The notes: a model not told the origin generated them from the letters alone. Positions 45,687-54,776 are shown, counted from the first letter of the stretch. The stretch: DNA of 64,000 bases from a virus (IMGVR_UViG_3300011113_000492:32001-96000), one strand, 5' to 3'. Numbers and translations are program-made.

Positions 45687-46126
45687 AACTATTCCTCGAC
45701 ACAGAATTCAATGGATTCAACGGTCGCTTGATCTCCATGGCGCTTGTACCTGAGAAACAAACTGATTTTGAATTCTATAAAGAACTTGAAATTAAAGATC
45801 AACTACATCCGTGGGTCCGCGAGAATGTCGTACCACATTTGATTCTGCCACCGATTGGTTATGGAGAGTTTCAGAATTCTTTGGCTAATTACCTTTGGGA
45901 AATCGGCGACTGTACGATTATTGCCGATTGGCCAGATGATATTCGCCATTTCTGCGAAGCGTTGATCACTGGGCCCGGCCAAATGATTAGACTGATGCAT
46001 AATGTAAAATTCGAATTGGATCTTGGTATTGAGTACGAATCTTTGGTGCCGCATAATGCACTGCATGATGCAAGGGCAATCCGTGATTTCTATATGAAAC
46101 GAGAGGCAACTAATGAAATTCAGTGA
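45683..46126 (+). CDS. DEDDh 3'-5' exo(ribo)nuclease
   Basis: LFLDTEF, ADWPDD, HNALHDA. Confidence 0.85.
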   Translation: MKLFLDTEFNGFNGRLISMALVPEKQTDFEFYKELEIKDQLHPWVRENVVPHLILPPIGYGEFQNSLANYLWEIGDCTIIADWPDDIRHFCEALITGPGQMIRLMHNVKFELDLGIEYESLVPHNALHDARAIRDFYMKREATNEIQ

Positions 46127-46439
46127 ACTAAAACGATTGGTTGATTTACATCATCGGCCTGATCATTATGAAGATCCAGAGGTAGTTATTCAAATTAAAC
46201 TACCATACTCTACAGTAGGCGGTATGCCTACTGTAAAACTCAAAAGTGTTCAGATGGGATTTGATTGGGATCATGGCAAATTTATTTTAGTTCCTGAAGA
46301 AAATCTTACACCCAGTGATCGAGACTTTGCTGAACAAATGAAAAAGATGCAGGAACGGGCAGGTTGGGCAGATTATGAAAATCGTAATCTAAAAGCGGAA
46401 ATTAAACGATTGAAAAAACAATTGAAGGTAGAAGAATGA
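46113..46439 (+). CDS. Hypothetical protein
   Basis: GAGG RBS; coiled-coil C-terminus. Confidence 0.7.
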   Translation: MKFSELKRLVDLHHRPDHYEDPEVVIQIKLPYSTVGGMPTVKLKSVQMGFDWDHGKFILVPEENLTPSDRDFAEQMKKMQERAGWADYENRNLKAEIKRLKKQLKVEE

Positions 46440-46609
46440 AAGATAAAATTTTTGAATGGATTGGACGTAATAGACAAACTATTGGATACACTGCTGGTGC
46501 ATGTAGTATGCTGGCAGCACTAAGTTATGCATTGCAGGGAAATAACGGTCTTGCACTACTTTGGTTGGTAATCGGTGGCATGATTGTTATTGACACTCGG
46601 AGACTGTAA
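46436..46609 (+). CDS. 57-aa two-TM membrane protein (not in ORF track)
   Basis: ATGA overlap; MKDKIFEWIGRNRQTIGYTAGACSMLAALSYALQGNNGLALLWLVIGGMIVIDTRRL*. Confidence 0.65.
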   Translation: MKDKIFEWIGRNRQTIGYTAGACSMLAALSYALQGNNGLALLWLVIGGMIVIDTRRL

Positions 46610-46890
46610 TGAGCATCGATTTGCAAGGAAGTACCGCGGAAGAACGCGGGCAGTGGATTAAAACTCTATTAGATACAGGTACATACGAAATTACATTTAC
46701 CAAAGTAGATGGCAGTAAAAGGATCATGCCCTGTACTTTGAAATCAGATCTGTTGCCACAACGTGAGCTAACAGAAAATCGTCGCACCAAAGCAAACAAT
46801 CACGAGGTATTGAGTGTTTGGTGCGTGGACAAATCAGAATGGCGTAGTTTTCGTGTAATGAATGTTACCGAAATTAAGCCTATTTTGTAA
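46609..46890 (+). CDS. WYL_2/SH3-like beta-barrel protein
   Basis: ITFTKVDGSKRIMPCTL ... VWCVDKSEWRSFR. Confidence 0.75.
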   Translation: MSIDLQGSTAEERGQWIKTLLDTGTYEITFTKVDGSKRIMPCTLKSDLLPQRELTENRRTKANNHEVLSVWCVDKSEWRSFRVMNVTEIKPIL

Positions 46891-46963
46891 ACCAATGCCT
46901 AAGTCAGGCGTTAAATATTAAGCAAAGACAAATTTTGCAACTTAACTTTATAAAGGTAAAAAA

Positions 46964-47152
46964 ATGAAAAAACTTATCGCTCTTATTGCTACTGCATTTG
47001 CAGTAACTGCATTTGCTCAAGCACCTGCTAAGAAAGAAGAAAAGAAAGCTGATGCCAAACCAGCTGCTGCTGCACCTGCTGCTGCACCTGCTGCTGCACC
47101 TGCTGCTGCACCTGCTAAGAAAGAAGAAAAGAAAGCTGACGCTAAGAAGTAA
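46964..47152 (+). CDS. Secreted Ala/Pro/Lys low-complexity protein
   Basis: Signal peptide; APAKKEEKKAD twice flanking (AAAP)4. Confidence 0.8.
   Translation: MKKLIALIATAFAVTAFAQAPAKKEEKKADAKPAAAAPAAAPAAAPAAAPAKKEEKKADAKK
47021..47139 (+). repeat. Coding repeats: 32-bp direct repeat (47021-47052, 47108-47139) around 4 x GCTGCTGCACCT (47066-47113)
   Basis: Read directly from the sequence. Confidence 0.9.
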
Positions 47153-47168
47153 TCTTAAAGACTATTTC

Positions 47169-47196
47169 AAAAAATTGGGGGTGACCCCAATTTTTT
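47169..47196. terminator. Bidirectional terminator-like hairpin
   Basis: AAAAAATTGGGG-gtga-CCCCAATTTTTT. Confidence 0.8.
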
Positions 47197-47304
47197 TGGC
47201 TATACAGATACTAAGAACGGTAATCTAGACTATTGCAGATTTTCGGCTAGTAGTGCATAATAGATCTAACTGTTAACAACAGTACTTTTAAAAGGAAATC
47301 TATT

Positions 47305-47571
47305 ATGATGTTTTCAACTGAAACTAAAACTGGCAAGCTACTTGCCGCTCTGCAAAACGGTGAAGCACTGACCGAAGGTCAAATGCGTGTTCGATTCGGT
47401 CTTAAGAATCCCCGTGCAACTGTTAGCGATATTCGCTATGCAGGTTTTGCTGTCTATGCTAATCAGCATAAGGACACCAAAGGCCGCGTTACTACCAAGT
47501 ATCGCATTGGCCGTCCTAGCCGTGCAATCGTAGCCGCTGGCTATCGTGCAATGGCCATGGGCATTGTTTAA
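47305..47571 (+). CDS. Winged-helix DNA-binding protein
   Basis: LLAALQNGEALT...RFGLKNPRATVSDIR...KYRIG. Confidence 0.7.
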   Translation: MMFSTETKTGKLLAALQNGEALTEGQMRVRFGLKNPRATVSDIRYAGFAVYANQHKDTKGRVTTKYRIGRPSRAIVAAGYRAMAMGIV

Positions 47572-47592
47572 TACCAAACGGTATTTTACATC

Positions 47593-47616
47593 AAAAGGCG
47601 CTTAGGCGCCTTTTTT
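47593..47616 (+). terminator. Rho-independent terminator
   Basis: AAAAGGCGC-ttag-GCGCCTTTT. Confidence 0.8.
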
Positions 47617-47617
47617 A

Positions 47618-47646
47618 TTGACGTTAAATATTCAATTTGTTATAAT
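47618..47646 (+). promoter_or_regulatory. sigma70-type promoter
   Basis: TTGACG-17-TATAAT. Confidence 0.75.
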
Positions 47647-47680
47647 AAAACATTGTAAATAATTCTTATACGGCGGTAAA

Positions 47681-47977
47681 ATGAAATACCATTGGATCGG
47701 ACATTTTAAAGAAGGCACTTCAGATAAGGTATGGGGTCTAATTAGATTGACAGACTATCCTAGGTACAATGACTATGCAGCCGTGTGGGGGCGACGTGGG
47801 CGAGCCTTACAGACAAAAATTCACAGTGACATCGATGCGTGGGATGCTGATAAACTGTGCAACAAAAAAGAAGACAAAGGATATACGGTGATCGATCTCG
47901 CGAGACTAGATCAAGTATATCCTGAGTTTGAAGAAGATTTACAAAAAACAGCCGTGTGGGCCATGCTGAAAGTATAA
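47681..47977 (+). CDS. WGR-domain protein
   Basis: SDKVW ... VWGRRG ... KEDKGY. Confidence 0.75.
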   Translation: MKYHWIGHFKEGTSDKVWGLIRLTDYPRYNDYAAVWGRRGRALQTKIHSDIDAWDADKLCNKKEDKGYTVIDLARLDQVYPEFEEDLQKTAVWAMLKV

Positions 47978-47978
47978 G

Positions 47979-48803
47979 ATGAAAGTTAATGTTATCAGCG
48001 ATTTACATTTAGAGTTTGCAGACCTTGTCTTGCCAGGTGGGGACGTACTCATTTTGAGTGGAGATATCTGCGAGGCTAAAAATGTAAAACGTGATCACTA
48101 TAACCAAGATCATGTCCAATTTAATTTTGAACAGAAACGCAGTGATCGCTACGTTAGATTTTTCGTAGAAGAATGTATCAAGTATAAACATGTGATTTAT
48201 GTAATGGGCAATCACGAACATTATGGTTTTAGATTTGACAAAACATATAACCATCTTAAAGAAAATTTGCCTGACAACATTCTTTTATTGGAAAAGGAAA
48301 GTGTGGAGATCGACGGTGTTATTTTTGTAGGAGCCACTCTTTGGACTGACTGCAACAATGCTGATCCTATTACCATGTATACACTAAAGCATGGAATGAA
48401 TGATTATAGGGTAGTTCAAAATTTCTACCCGGACAAAAATCAGTATTTTAAATTGATACCCGAATTTACCTATGCAGATCATATCAAAGCTAAAAGTTTT
48501 ATTTCAACAACTGCCAAGAAAAACCCAGATAAAACCATTGTGGTGGTAACTCATCACAGTCCAAGTAAACGTAGCATTAAGCCCAGGTATGAAAAAGACT
48601 TTCATATGAACGGTGGTTATAGCAGTAACTTGGATGAGTTTATCATGGATCATCCCAACATTAAATTTTGGACGCATGGACATACTCATGATGATTTCAA
48701 TTACATGATTGAGCAGTGTCGGGTGATCTGCAACCCACGAGGATATGTTGGCTACGAAGAACGTGCCCAAAATTTTGATCCTACTGTAGGTTTCGACCTG
48801 TAA
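47979..48803 (+). CDS. Calcineurin-like metallophosphoesterase
   Basis: SDLH, SGD, GNHE, THHSP, HGHTH, NPRGY. Confidence 0.9.
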   Translation: MKVNVISDLHLEFADLVLPGGDVLILSGDICEAKNVKRDHYNQDHVQFNFEQKRSDRYVRFFVEECIKYKHVIYVMGNHEHYGFRFDKTYNHLKENLPDNILLLEKESVEIDGVIFVGATLWTDCNNADPITMYTLKHGMNDYRVVQNFYPDKNQYFKLIPEFTYADHIKAKSFISTTAKKNPDKTIVVVTHHSPSKRSIKPRYEKDFHMNGGYSSNLDEFIMDHPNIKFWTHGHTHDDFNYMIEQCRVICNPRGYVGYEERAQNFDPTVGFDL

Positions 48804-48935
48804 AATACTAATATTTCGGTAGTTAACTGCTATTATAAATATTAATTCAACTGATTTATGAGTATATAAGTGTTGACACTGACTCGTAAATAAACTAGAA
48901 TATTTGTTATTCATTAAAAAAGGAAATTTGAACTT

Positions 48936-49832
48936 ATGAAGAAAATTGCAATCATCGCGGCTTTGTCCGCTCTTAGTTTTGCGGCCACTGCTCAGGTCAC
49001 TGTTTCGGGTAAAGTCAGCGAATGGGTTGATAATACCAAAACAGGCAGCATCAGTGCAACTGGTTTGACTGCGGATCCAACTAGTAACATTACTGTCAGG
49101 GCTTCGGAAAACTTAGGCAAAGGACTAACTGCTCGTGTCGTCGTTGACACACGAATTTTAGCCAATGATCCAACATCAGCAGGCACACAAATTGGTGATC
49201 GTCAAAGCACTGTTGGCCTAGCCAGCAAGGTTGGCAGTGTCGACTTAGGCCGTAATGTACATAGTCAGTTCTTGGCAGTCAGTAACAATGATGCTTTTGG
49301 CACATTGTATGGCAGCGTAGCTGGTGATGTTCATAACCTTCGTGGTCTGCGTTTTAGTAATGGTGCGTTTGTTGCAGTAACTCCAATGAAAAACGTGTCA
49401 GTGACCTATGACCGCTCTAGTAATTCTGCTGCTGTGGCAGAGTCAACCAGTTATAGCCTAAGTGCTAAAGTTGCATCAATTGATGCAACGTATGCTCGCT
49501 TTGAACAAGGTTCTGCAGAAGTCAGCGACGTAGTTGGTGTTAAAACTAGCTTTGGTGCTACCACAGTGTTCTATAGTCACAGTGATAACAAGAGCGCAGT
49601 TACAGGCGAAACCAAAAAAGGTAACTTGATCGGCGTCACACAAAAGGTCGGAGTAATCACTGCTAAAGCCAGCTATGGTGAAACCAATACAAAAGTCACT
49701 GCTTACAACGTAGGCTTAGACTATGCATTGAGCAAGCGTACCGACGTCGGTGTCGCGTATCGTAGTGTTAATCTAACAGGAGCAACAAACGATGTTAAAC
49801 AACTTGGTGTCGGTCTAACTCATCGCTTCTAA
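48936..49832 (+). CDS. Gram-negative porin
   Basis: Signal peptide; alternating beta strands, RQSTVGL, YALSKRT, GLTHRF with terminal Phe. Confidence 0.9.
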   Translation: MKKIAIIAALSALSFAATAQVTVSGKVSEWVDNTKTGSISATGLTADPTSNITVRASENLGKGLTARVVVDTRILANDPTSAGTQIGDRQSTVGLASKVGSVDLGRNVHSQFLAVSNNDAFGTLYGSVAGDVHNLRGLRFSNGAFVAVTPMKNVSVTYDRSSNSAAVAESTSYSLSAKVASIDATYARFEQGSAEVSDVVGVKTSFGATTVFYSHSDNKSAVTGETKKGNLIGVTQKVGVITAKASYGETNTKVTAYNVGLDYALSKRTDVGVAYRSVNLTGATNDVKQLGVGLTHRF

Positions 49833-49836
49833 TTAG

Positions 49837-49888
49837 TTGACATTTCTCTAAAAAACGCCTATACTGCTAATAACGGTATAGGCTTTTT
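49837..49888 (+). promoter_or_regulatory. sigma70 promoter whose -10 lies in the 5' arm of a terminator-like hairpin
   Basis: TTGACA-17-TATACT; GCCTATACTG/CGGTATAGGC stem + TTTTT. Confidence 0.7.
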
Positions 49889-49889
49889 A

Positions 49890-50354
49890 ATGACTGAAAA
49901 CAATAGCGCAAAAGGTCGCACAAGTTTTGATGCCAACGTAGGCGGACAACTTGTAAACTTTATAAACAAAAATGTATCAGAATACCCAACTGAGGCAGGC
50001 AGCCCTAAGTTTGATTTAGTACCAGTTACTAAACAAAAAGATATCATGATCAATGTGGCAAGGATGCATGCCAAACAAGAATATGATAGAATCATGGAAT
50101 TGGTCACTGTTCTACAACGGCAAGCCGCTGATATTAAAAAACGGCTGGACATAACTGACATGGTTCATGCTGCCAAATATGATTTTCAATTATATCATGG
50201 TCAAGCTTATTGGTTAGTGTTCGATCAAAGAAAACAAATAACTAGATTAAGTCGCATGGGGCCCAATGATTGGTGTACGGGCAAACCCACAGAATACGAA
50301 TACATCTGCCAGGTACAATGGTTAGGTGATCACACATGGATAGAGGTTAATTAA
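49890..50354 (+). CDS. DUF2452-like protein
   Basis: YPTEAGSPKF, AKYDFQ..HGQAYWL, LSRMGPNDW. Confidence 0.6.
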   Translation: MTENNSAKGRTSFDANVGGQLVNFINKNVSEYPTEAGSPKFDLVPVTKQKDIMINVARMHAKQEYDRIMELVTVLQRQAADIKKRLDITDMVHAAKYDFQLYHGQAYWLVFDQRKQITRLSRMGPNDWCTGKPTEYEYICQVQWLGDHTWIEVN

Positions 50355-50791
50355 TGTCTTACACAAATTACGGAAATATTACCATAGATAATTCATATTA
50401 CACAGGAACATCCTATACCATTGACACCACCACAAATCCCCTGGGAATTTCACCGATGAGCGGCACTGTGCTAGGTGGTGCAATAGGCAACCCATATACT
50501 ATTACTGGTTCCAATGGTACTTGGGGAGGGTTATACAGCAGCAATAGCCCTACGGTAAAACTAGATCAAAAGGGCATCGAAGTCCTTGAATCAGCCGATA
50601 TTAAATTAGGCAACGTCAGTCTTAAAGATTTCATTAATAGAATCGAGCAAAGATTAGCATTATTAAATCCCAACCCTGAACTTGAAAAAGAATGGACCGA
50701 ACTCAAAGAATTGGGCGATAGATACAGAGAGTTAGAAAAACAAATCACCGAGAAAATGAAAACTTGGGATATTCTAAATCGTGAAGATTAA
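50354..50791 (+). CDS. Hypothetical protein
   Basis: Thr/Gly-rich N-terminus, coiled-coil C-terminus. Confidence 0.7.
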   Translation: MSYTNYGNITIDNSYYTGTSYTIDTTTNPLGISPMSGTVLGGAIGNPYTITGSNGTWGGLYSSNSPTVKLDQKGIEVLESADIKLGNVSLKDFINRIEQRLALLNPNPELEKEWTELKELGDRYRELEKQITEKMKTWDILNRED

Positions 50792-50999
50792 ACAAGTCGA
50801 AGACAAATATTGGTTAACTTGGCCTGCTCATATTTTAACAGCACAAGAGGTTAAACGTTGGTGCTGGGAAACGTTTGGTTCAGGGTGGGGTTCTATAAAA
50901 TTAGGCGTACCAAACAATCAAGGTAATGCAAATCATATTCTTGTATTTCACAGACTAGCTCACGCTGAATGGTTTTTATTGCAGTGGAACGTTGACTGA
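50781..50999 (+). CDS. FxLxW-family small protein
   Basis: WCWETFG ... AEWFLLQW. Confidence 0.7.
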   Translation: MKIKQVEDKYWLTWPAHILTAQEVKRWCWETFGSGWGSIKLGVPNNQGNANHILVFHRLAHAEWFLLQWNVD

Positions 51000-51008
51000 A
51001 ATTCAATT

Positions 51009-51203
51009 ATGCAGTATAATGACGAGATGAAATCCATTATAATTGACGGTGATCGCGTTAGTACCTATGACGCAATACAATGGGCCAGTAAACAATTTGG
51101 TTCGAATTTTAGTATTCAACATGAATTTCCAGGTAAAAAATGGCGATTTGAGTTCAACGATTCTAAAGAAGCAATGTTATTTGCACTAAAATGGTCTCAC
51201 TGA
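51009..51203 (+). CDS. FxLxW-family small protein
   Basis: WASKQFG ... FEFNDSKEAMLFALKW. Confidence 0.75.
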   Translation: MQYNDEMKSIIIDGDRVSTYDAIQWASKQFGSNFSIQHEFPGKKWRFEFNDSKEAMLFALKWSH

Positions 51204-51206
51204 ATC

Positions 51207-51635
51207 ATGAATAGAGACATGGAAAAATACGAAGAATTCGAAAAACGCATGAAGGAAAGATTTCCTAAAATGTTCAGCCAACCATATGGCGGTTTTGCTG
51301 TAGGCCCAGGCTGGTGGCCTATCCTGGAATCATTGTGTGCTAACATTCAGCATCACAGTGATTGGAAAGAAAAACAAGGCAATTTTATTCCCCAGGTCAC
51401 TGTGGAGCAGATCAAAGAGAAATTTGGTGGACTGCGGTTTTATTACAGCGGCGGGGACGATGCTATTGACGGCATGGTTCGTATGGCAGAGTCTTGGGCC
51501 GAACATGCTTGCGAAGAATGTGGCAAGCCTGGCCAGAGTCGCGGAGGCGGTTGGATTAAAACTTTATGTGACGAACATGATGCAGAGCGTCAAGCTCGTT
51601 ATCGAGAAAGATTCAAAAACAATGATCAGTCTTAA
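51207..51635 (+). CDS. Conserved hypothetical phage protein
   Basis: GPGWWPIL, QIKEKFGGLRFY, CEECG. Confidence 0.8.
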   Translation: MNRDMEKYEEFEKRMKERFPKMFSQPYGGFAVGPGWWPILESLCANIQHHSDWKEKQGNFIPQVTVEQIKEKFGGLRFYYSGGDDAIDGMVRMAESWAEHACEECGKPGQSRGGGWIKTLCDEHDAERQARYRERFKNNDQS

Positions 51636-51891
51636 TTTCAACTTACGCAATCCTTGGAGCAATACATTTAAAAACTTGTGGTGCTGTGTGTACCATACGC
51701 CATTCAAGAACAAGTTTATTGAACTAGAAATTATTCATGACTTTACTTTGATATCGTTTATGTTTAACTGGACTGTACGGCAAAGTCATGCTGGGTTAGA
51801 TATTGAGTTAGGCCTGCTTGGCTATAACATACATTTTAACTTTTATGATAACCGTCATTGGGATGGGAAATCAAACCGCTGGGAGTCATAA
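51622..51891 (+). CDS. Hypothetical protein
   Basis: ATG 51622, operon context. Confidence 0.65.
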   Translation: MISLNFNLRNPWSNTFKNLWCCVYHTPFKNKFIELEIIHDFTLISFMFNWTVRQSHAGLDIELGLLGYNIHFNFYDNRHWDGKSNRWES

Positions 51892-52157
51892 TGCCCAACT
51901 ACGCAGAATATTTTGCCAAAAAGGCATACAAACCTAAGTATCAGATTGGCGACAGAGTGTTTGGATACTACAAGAAAATTCCATTTATCGGAAGTGTGGG
52001 TAATGACACTTTAATCAGTGAAATCGAAGGTCCGCGCATAAGTGTGCATTTAGACCTGCCTATGAAAATAGATCAAGAAATTCGTAGGGTAATAATAGTT
52101 AAACATAAAGATATAAAATCAAAGTTAGTTAACTATTTCGACACTAAAACTGCATGA
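51891..52157 (+). CDS. Hypothetical SH3-like protein
   Basis: TAATG overlap; KYQIGDRVFG. Confidence 0.65.
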   Translation: MPNYAEYFAKKAYKPKYQIGDRVFGYYKKIPFIGSVGNDTLISEIEGPRISVHLDLPMKIDQEIRRVIIVKHKDIKSKLVNYFDTKTA

Positions 52158-52378
52158 AGTATAGAATCGAAGTTCGTAATTTTCAATCTAAGTCAATCTC
52201 AGTGAGAGTTTCTAAATCAACTATGTTTGATGGAACCTTTATTGAAATTGATAAAACAGTTGCAGACGAAATCGATGAGTGGGTAGTATCGTCTAAAATA
52301 GGTCGACGAATTGCTTGGGATATGTGGCAACTAAAAAACAAACAAGCAGTGACATTGTTTATGATGAAATGGTCATGA
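52154..52378 (+). CDS. FxLxW-family small protein
   Basis: AVTLFMMKWS; ATGA overlaps. Confidence 0.75.
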   Translation: MKYRIEVRNFQSKSISVRVSKSTMFDGTFIEIDKTVADEIDEWVVSSKIGRRIAWDMWQLKNKQAVTLFMMKWS

Positions 52379-52629
52379 CTATAACCTATAAACCTTTAGA
52401 TTTAATTCCCAGCGTTCGTGTACCAGTTTTGCATAAGGTGGTCTATGCTTACACTGCGGACCATGTGCAGGCATTTTATCAACGCAGTTACAAGGATCAC
52501 TTAGTAGATGAATGGTTAGAAAAAAACTGCCGGCATCGTTATTATCACAGTCCAGGCTATCTTCAAGAAAAATTTATACAGTTTGAAGATGACCAAGAAG
52601 CAATGTTATTTGCACTGAGGTGGGCATGA
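52375..52629 (+). CDS. FxLxW-family small protein
   Basis: QFEDDQEAMLFALRWA. Confidence 0.8.
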   Translation: MTITYKPLDLIPSVRVPVLHKVVYAYTADHVQAFYQRSYKDHLVDEWLEKNCRHRYYHSPGYLQEKFIQFEDDQEAMLFALRWA

Positions 52630-52874
52630 CCACTGTAACTCGATACCGTAGCAGTGATTTTGTTTACAAAATCTTGATGCCAAAAGAAAAGAATCAGTGG
52701 CAGATTGATCAATGGTGTATGTATCAGTTTGGGCCCAGATGGAGTGTAACTGAAAATAGACAAGGCCGATGGTGTTGTTTTTGGCGTGGCCCAAGATCCG
52801 AAGACGGCGCTCACTACGAGTGGTTGTTTGTGAACGAAGCCGATGCCTTGTTGTTCGCCTTGAGGTGGTCATGA
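52626..52874 (+). CDS. FxLxW-family small protein
   Basis: WCMYQFGPRW ... FVNEADALLFALRWS. Confidence 0.8.
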   Translation: MTTVTRYRSSDFVYKILMPKEKNQWQIDQWCMYQFGPRWSVTENRQGRWCCFWRGPRSEDGAHYEWLFVNEADALLFALRWS

Positions 52875-53071
52875 GAGAACTTAAAAAAGAACTATGGCCG
52901 CATAAAGTAGTGCTTGACACGCCGGATTCAATAACTGAAATAGAGATATGGTTAGGGTCACGATTGGGAACATTCAAAGGTCGATGGAACGTAGTCTACT
53001 ATCATAATCAAACACATTTTTATTTTCGACTGGGCGAGGATGCAACGTTATTTTCTTTGAGGTGGGCGTGA
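52871..53071 (+). CDS. FxLxW-family small protein
   Basis: FYFRLGEDATLFSLRWA. Confidence 0.8.
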   Translation: MRELKKELWPHKVVLDTPDSITEIEIWLGSRLGTFKGRWNVVYYHNQTHFYFRLGEDATLFSLRWA

Positions 53072-53292
53072 TTCAAGCCAGCGTTCGATTATATCATCCA
53101 CCTCAACGCAACCGTTGGATAGACGAAAGTCCGATCAATGAGTGGTTGCTGGCACATGTGGGAGTTCACGCGAGATTCAAAGATCTTGTAGATGAGGATC
53201 GGCCGTGGCACGTGGATCATGAACAAAAATATCTTGAGTATCATTTTGCCCGTGAGCAGGATGCCATGATGTTTAGTTTGAGGTGGGTATGA
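53068..53292 (+). CDS. FxLxW-family small protein
   Basis: GTG start; YHFAREQDAMMFSLRWV. Confidence 0.8.
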   Translation: MIQASVRLYHPPQRNRWIDESPINEWLLAHVGVHARFKDLVDEDRPWHVDHEQKYLEYHFAREQDAMMFSLRWV

Positions 53293-53492
53293 AAAATTAT
53301 GTTGTAATACCCTACGACCCAACTTGGCGAGCATTAGAGTGGGCCAAAGAACATTGTCCAAGTTACATCACTAATGATCGCGAAGTTACGCAGCCGAGAC
53401 CTTATCCCGATCATAATATTGACGATATTAAAATTCGCTTTTATTTCGGCAACGAACGGGATGCAACAGCATTTGCACTTAAATGGGCGTGA
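53289..53492 (+). CDS. FxLxW-family small protein
   Basis: WAKEHC ... FYFGNERDATAFALKWA. Confidence 0.8.
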   Translation: MKNYVVIPYDPTWRALEWAKEHCPSYITNDREVTQPRPYPDHNIDDIKIRFYFGNERDATAFALKWA

Positions 53493-53752
53493 ACACTATG
53501 TCAGTAATTAAATTATCTCAATTTGAGTGGGACAGTATTTTAGTAAAAATAGAGAATGACTATGGTAAAGCTGTGGCACTGATTCGAACAGCTATGCGAC
53601 GAGAGCTGGGCTGTACCCCAAGAACACATAGATTTTGGAAGCCCGATGAAGGTACAGGTGTCTACGACGGTTATGGGAATTATGTAGAAGAAATTCATTT
53701 GGATTTTTATGATGATGCCAAAGAAACCATGTTCAGATTAAAATATCTATAG
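53489..53752 (+). CDS. FxLxW-family small protein (divergent)
   Basis: LDFYDDAKETMFRLKYL; start GTG 53489 or ATG 53498. Confidence 0.75.
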   Translation: MNTMSVIKLSQFEWDSILVKIENDYGKAVALIRTAMRRELGCTPRTHRFWKPDEGTGVYDGYGNYVEEIHLDFYDDAKETMFRLKYL

Positions 53753-53754
53753 TT

Positions 53755-54018
53755 ATGAAAAAGAAAAGAATGTTAACTAATAAAGATATATTTGCTGATT
53801 GGAAAAATATGCGATTTATTGTTGCGCCTAATTATACATTCAGAGACGATAAGATTAATTTTAAACATTTAATTATTTTAACCGACATTAAATTTTGGGC
53901 ATTGGCCTCAGATGACTTAGACTGTTGGTGCGAAGAAAATAACTGTAAAACAAAGGGAATGACCGTAGAAATCCCATCTGACAGGGAATTAACACTGTTT
54001 TGTTTACGATGGGCTTAA
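53755..54018 (+). CDS. FxLxW-family small protein
   Basis: VEIPSDRELTLFCLRWA. Confidence 0.75.
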   Translation: MKKKRMLTNKDIFADWKNMRFIVAPNYTFRDDKINFKHLIILTDIKFWALASDDLDCWCEENNCKTKGMTVEIPSDRELTLFCLRWA

Positions 54019-54025
54019 ATAATAG

Positions 54026-54745
54026 ATGAAGTATATTTTTTCATTACTACTGTTACTGTGTTCTAATTCGTGGGCATGGACAAATGCTTCATCGATTTTG
54101 GTAATCGATGCCAGCACTGCTCGAATCATTCACGAATATAATTCCAACTCTGTTCGGCCAATTGCTAGCATAACTAAATTAATGACAGCTATGGTAAGTT
54201 TAGAATTGTATAGTCTTGATGATTATGTTATGATAACCAAAAAACAAAAGATATCAGTCAAAGAACTGTTGACCCGATTACTGATCCGCAGCGATAATAA
54301 TGCAGCAGAACTTTTGGCAAAACATCATCCGCAGGGCCGTAATGGATTTTTAGCTGCAATGAATACCAAGGCTAAAAATTTAAATTTGCATGACACTGTG
54401 TTTAATGATCCCAGCGGATTAAGATCTGACAATATTAGCACTGCGACAGAAGTTGCGGCACTGACCATAGAAGCATCAAAGTTTGATTTTATACGAGAAA
54501 TCAGTGTTGTTCCACAGACAAAACAACTCACCAATACTAATTTTCAAATTCTTAAAGACTATCACAACATTTTAGTTAGCAAAACAGGATTTACCACAGC
54601 CGCAGGTAGATGTCTTACAATGTTGGTTGACCATGGACAAACTCGTTACGTAATTATAATTTTGGGAGAATTAACCAAAATGGCTCGAGAAACCACTGCT
54701 CGAACTTTATTACAGGTCAGCGCCAATAAATACAGTTATAATTGA
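54026..54745 (+). CDS. Peptidase S11 (D-Ala-D-Ala carboxypeptidase/PBP7-like endopeptidase)
   Basis: Signal peptide; ASITKLMT (SxxK), SDN, KTG; TAAATA 4 nt upstream. Confidence 0.9.
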   Translation: MKYIFSLLLLLCSNSWAWTNASSILVIDASTARIIHEYNSNSVRPIASITKLMTAMVSLELYSLDDYVMITKKQKISVKELLTRLLIRSDNNAAELLAKHHPQGRNGFLAAMNTKAKNLNLHDTVFNDPSGLRSDNISTATEVAALTIEASKFDFIREISVVPQTKQLTNTNFQILKDYHNILVSKTGFTTAAGRCLTMLVDHGQTRYVIIILGELTKMARETTARTLLQVSANKYSYN

Positions 54746-54770
54746 CATATTTTACAGAAACCAGTAAAAT
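54742..54770 (+). promoter_or_regulatory. sigma70-type promoter, leaderless
   Basis: TTGACA-17-TAAAAT; ATG at the expected +1 (54777). Confidence 0.7.
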
Positions 54771-54776
54771 AACACT

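Noticed and set aside
47066-47113. Short tandem repeat as a CRISPR array
   Set aside because: 12-bp units with no spacers, in frame within a coding gene. No repeat-spacer array was seen anywhere in the window.
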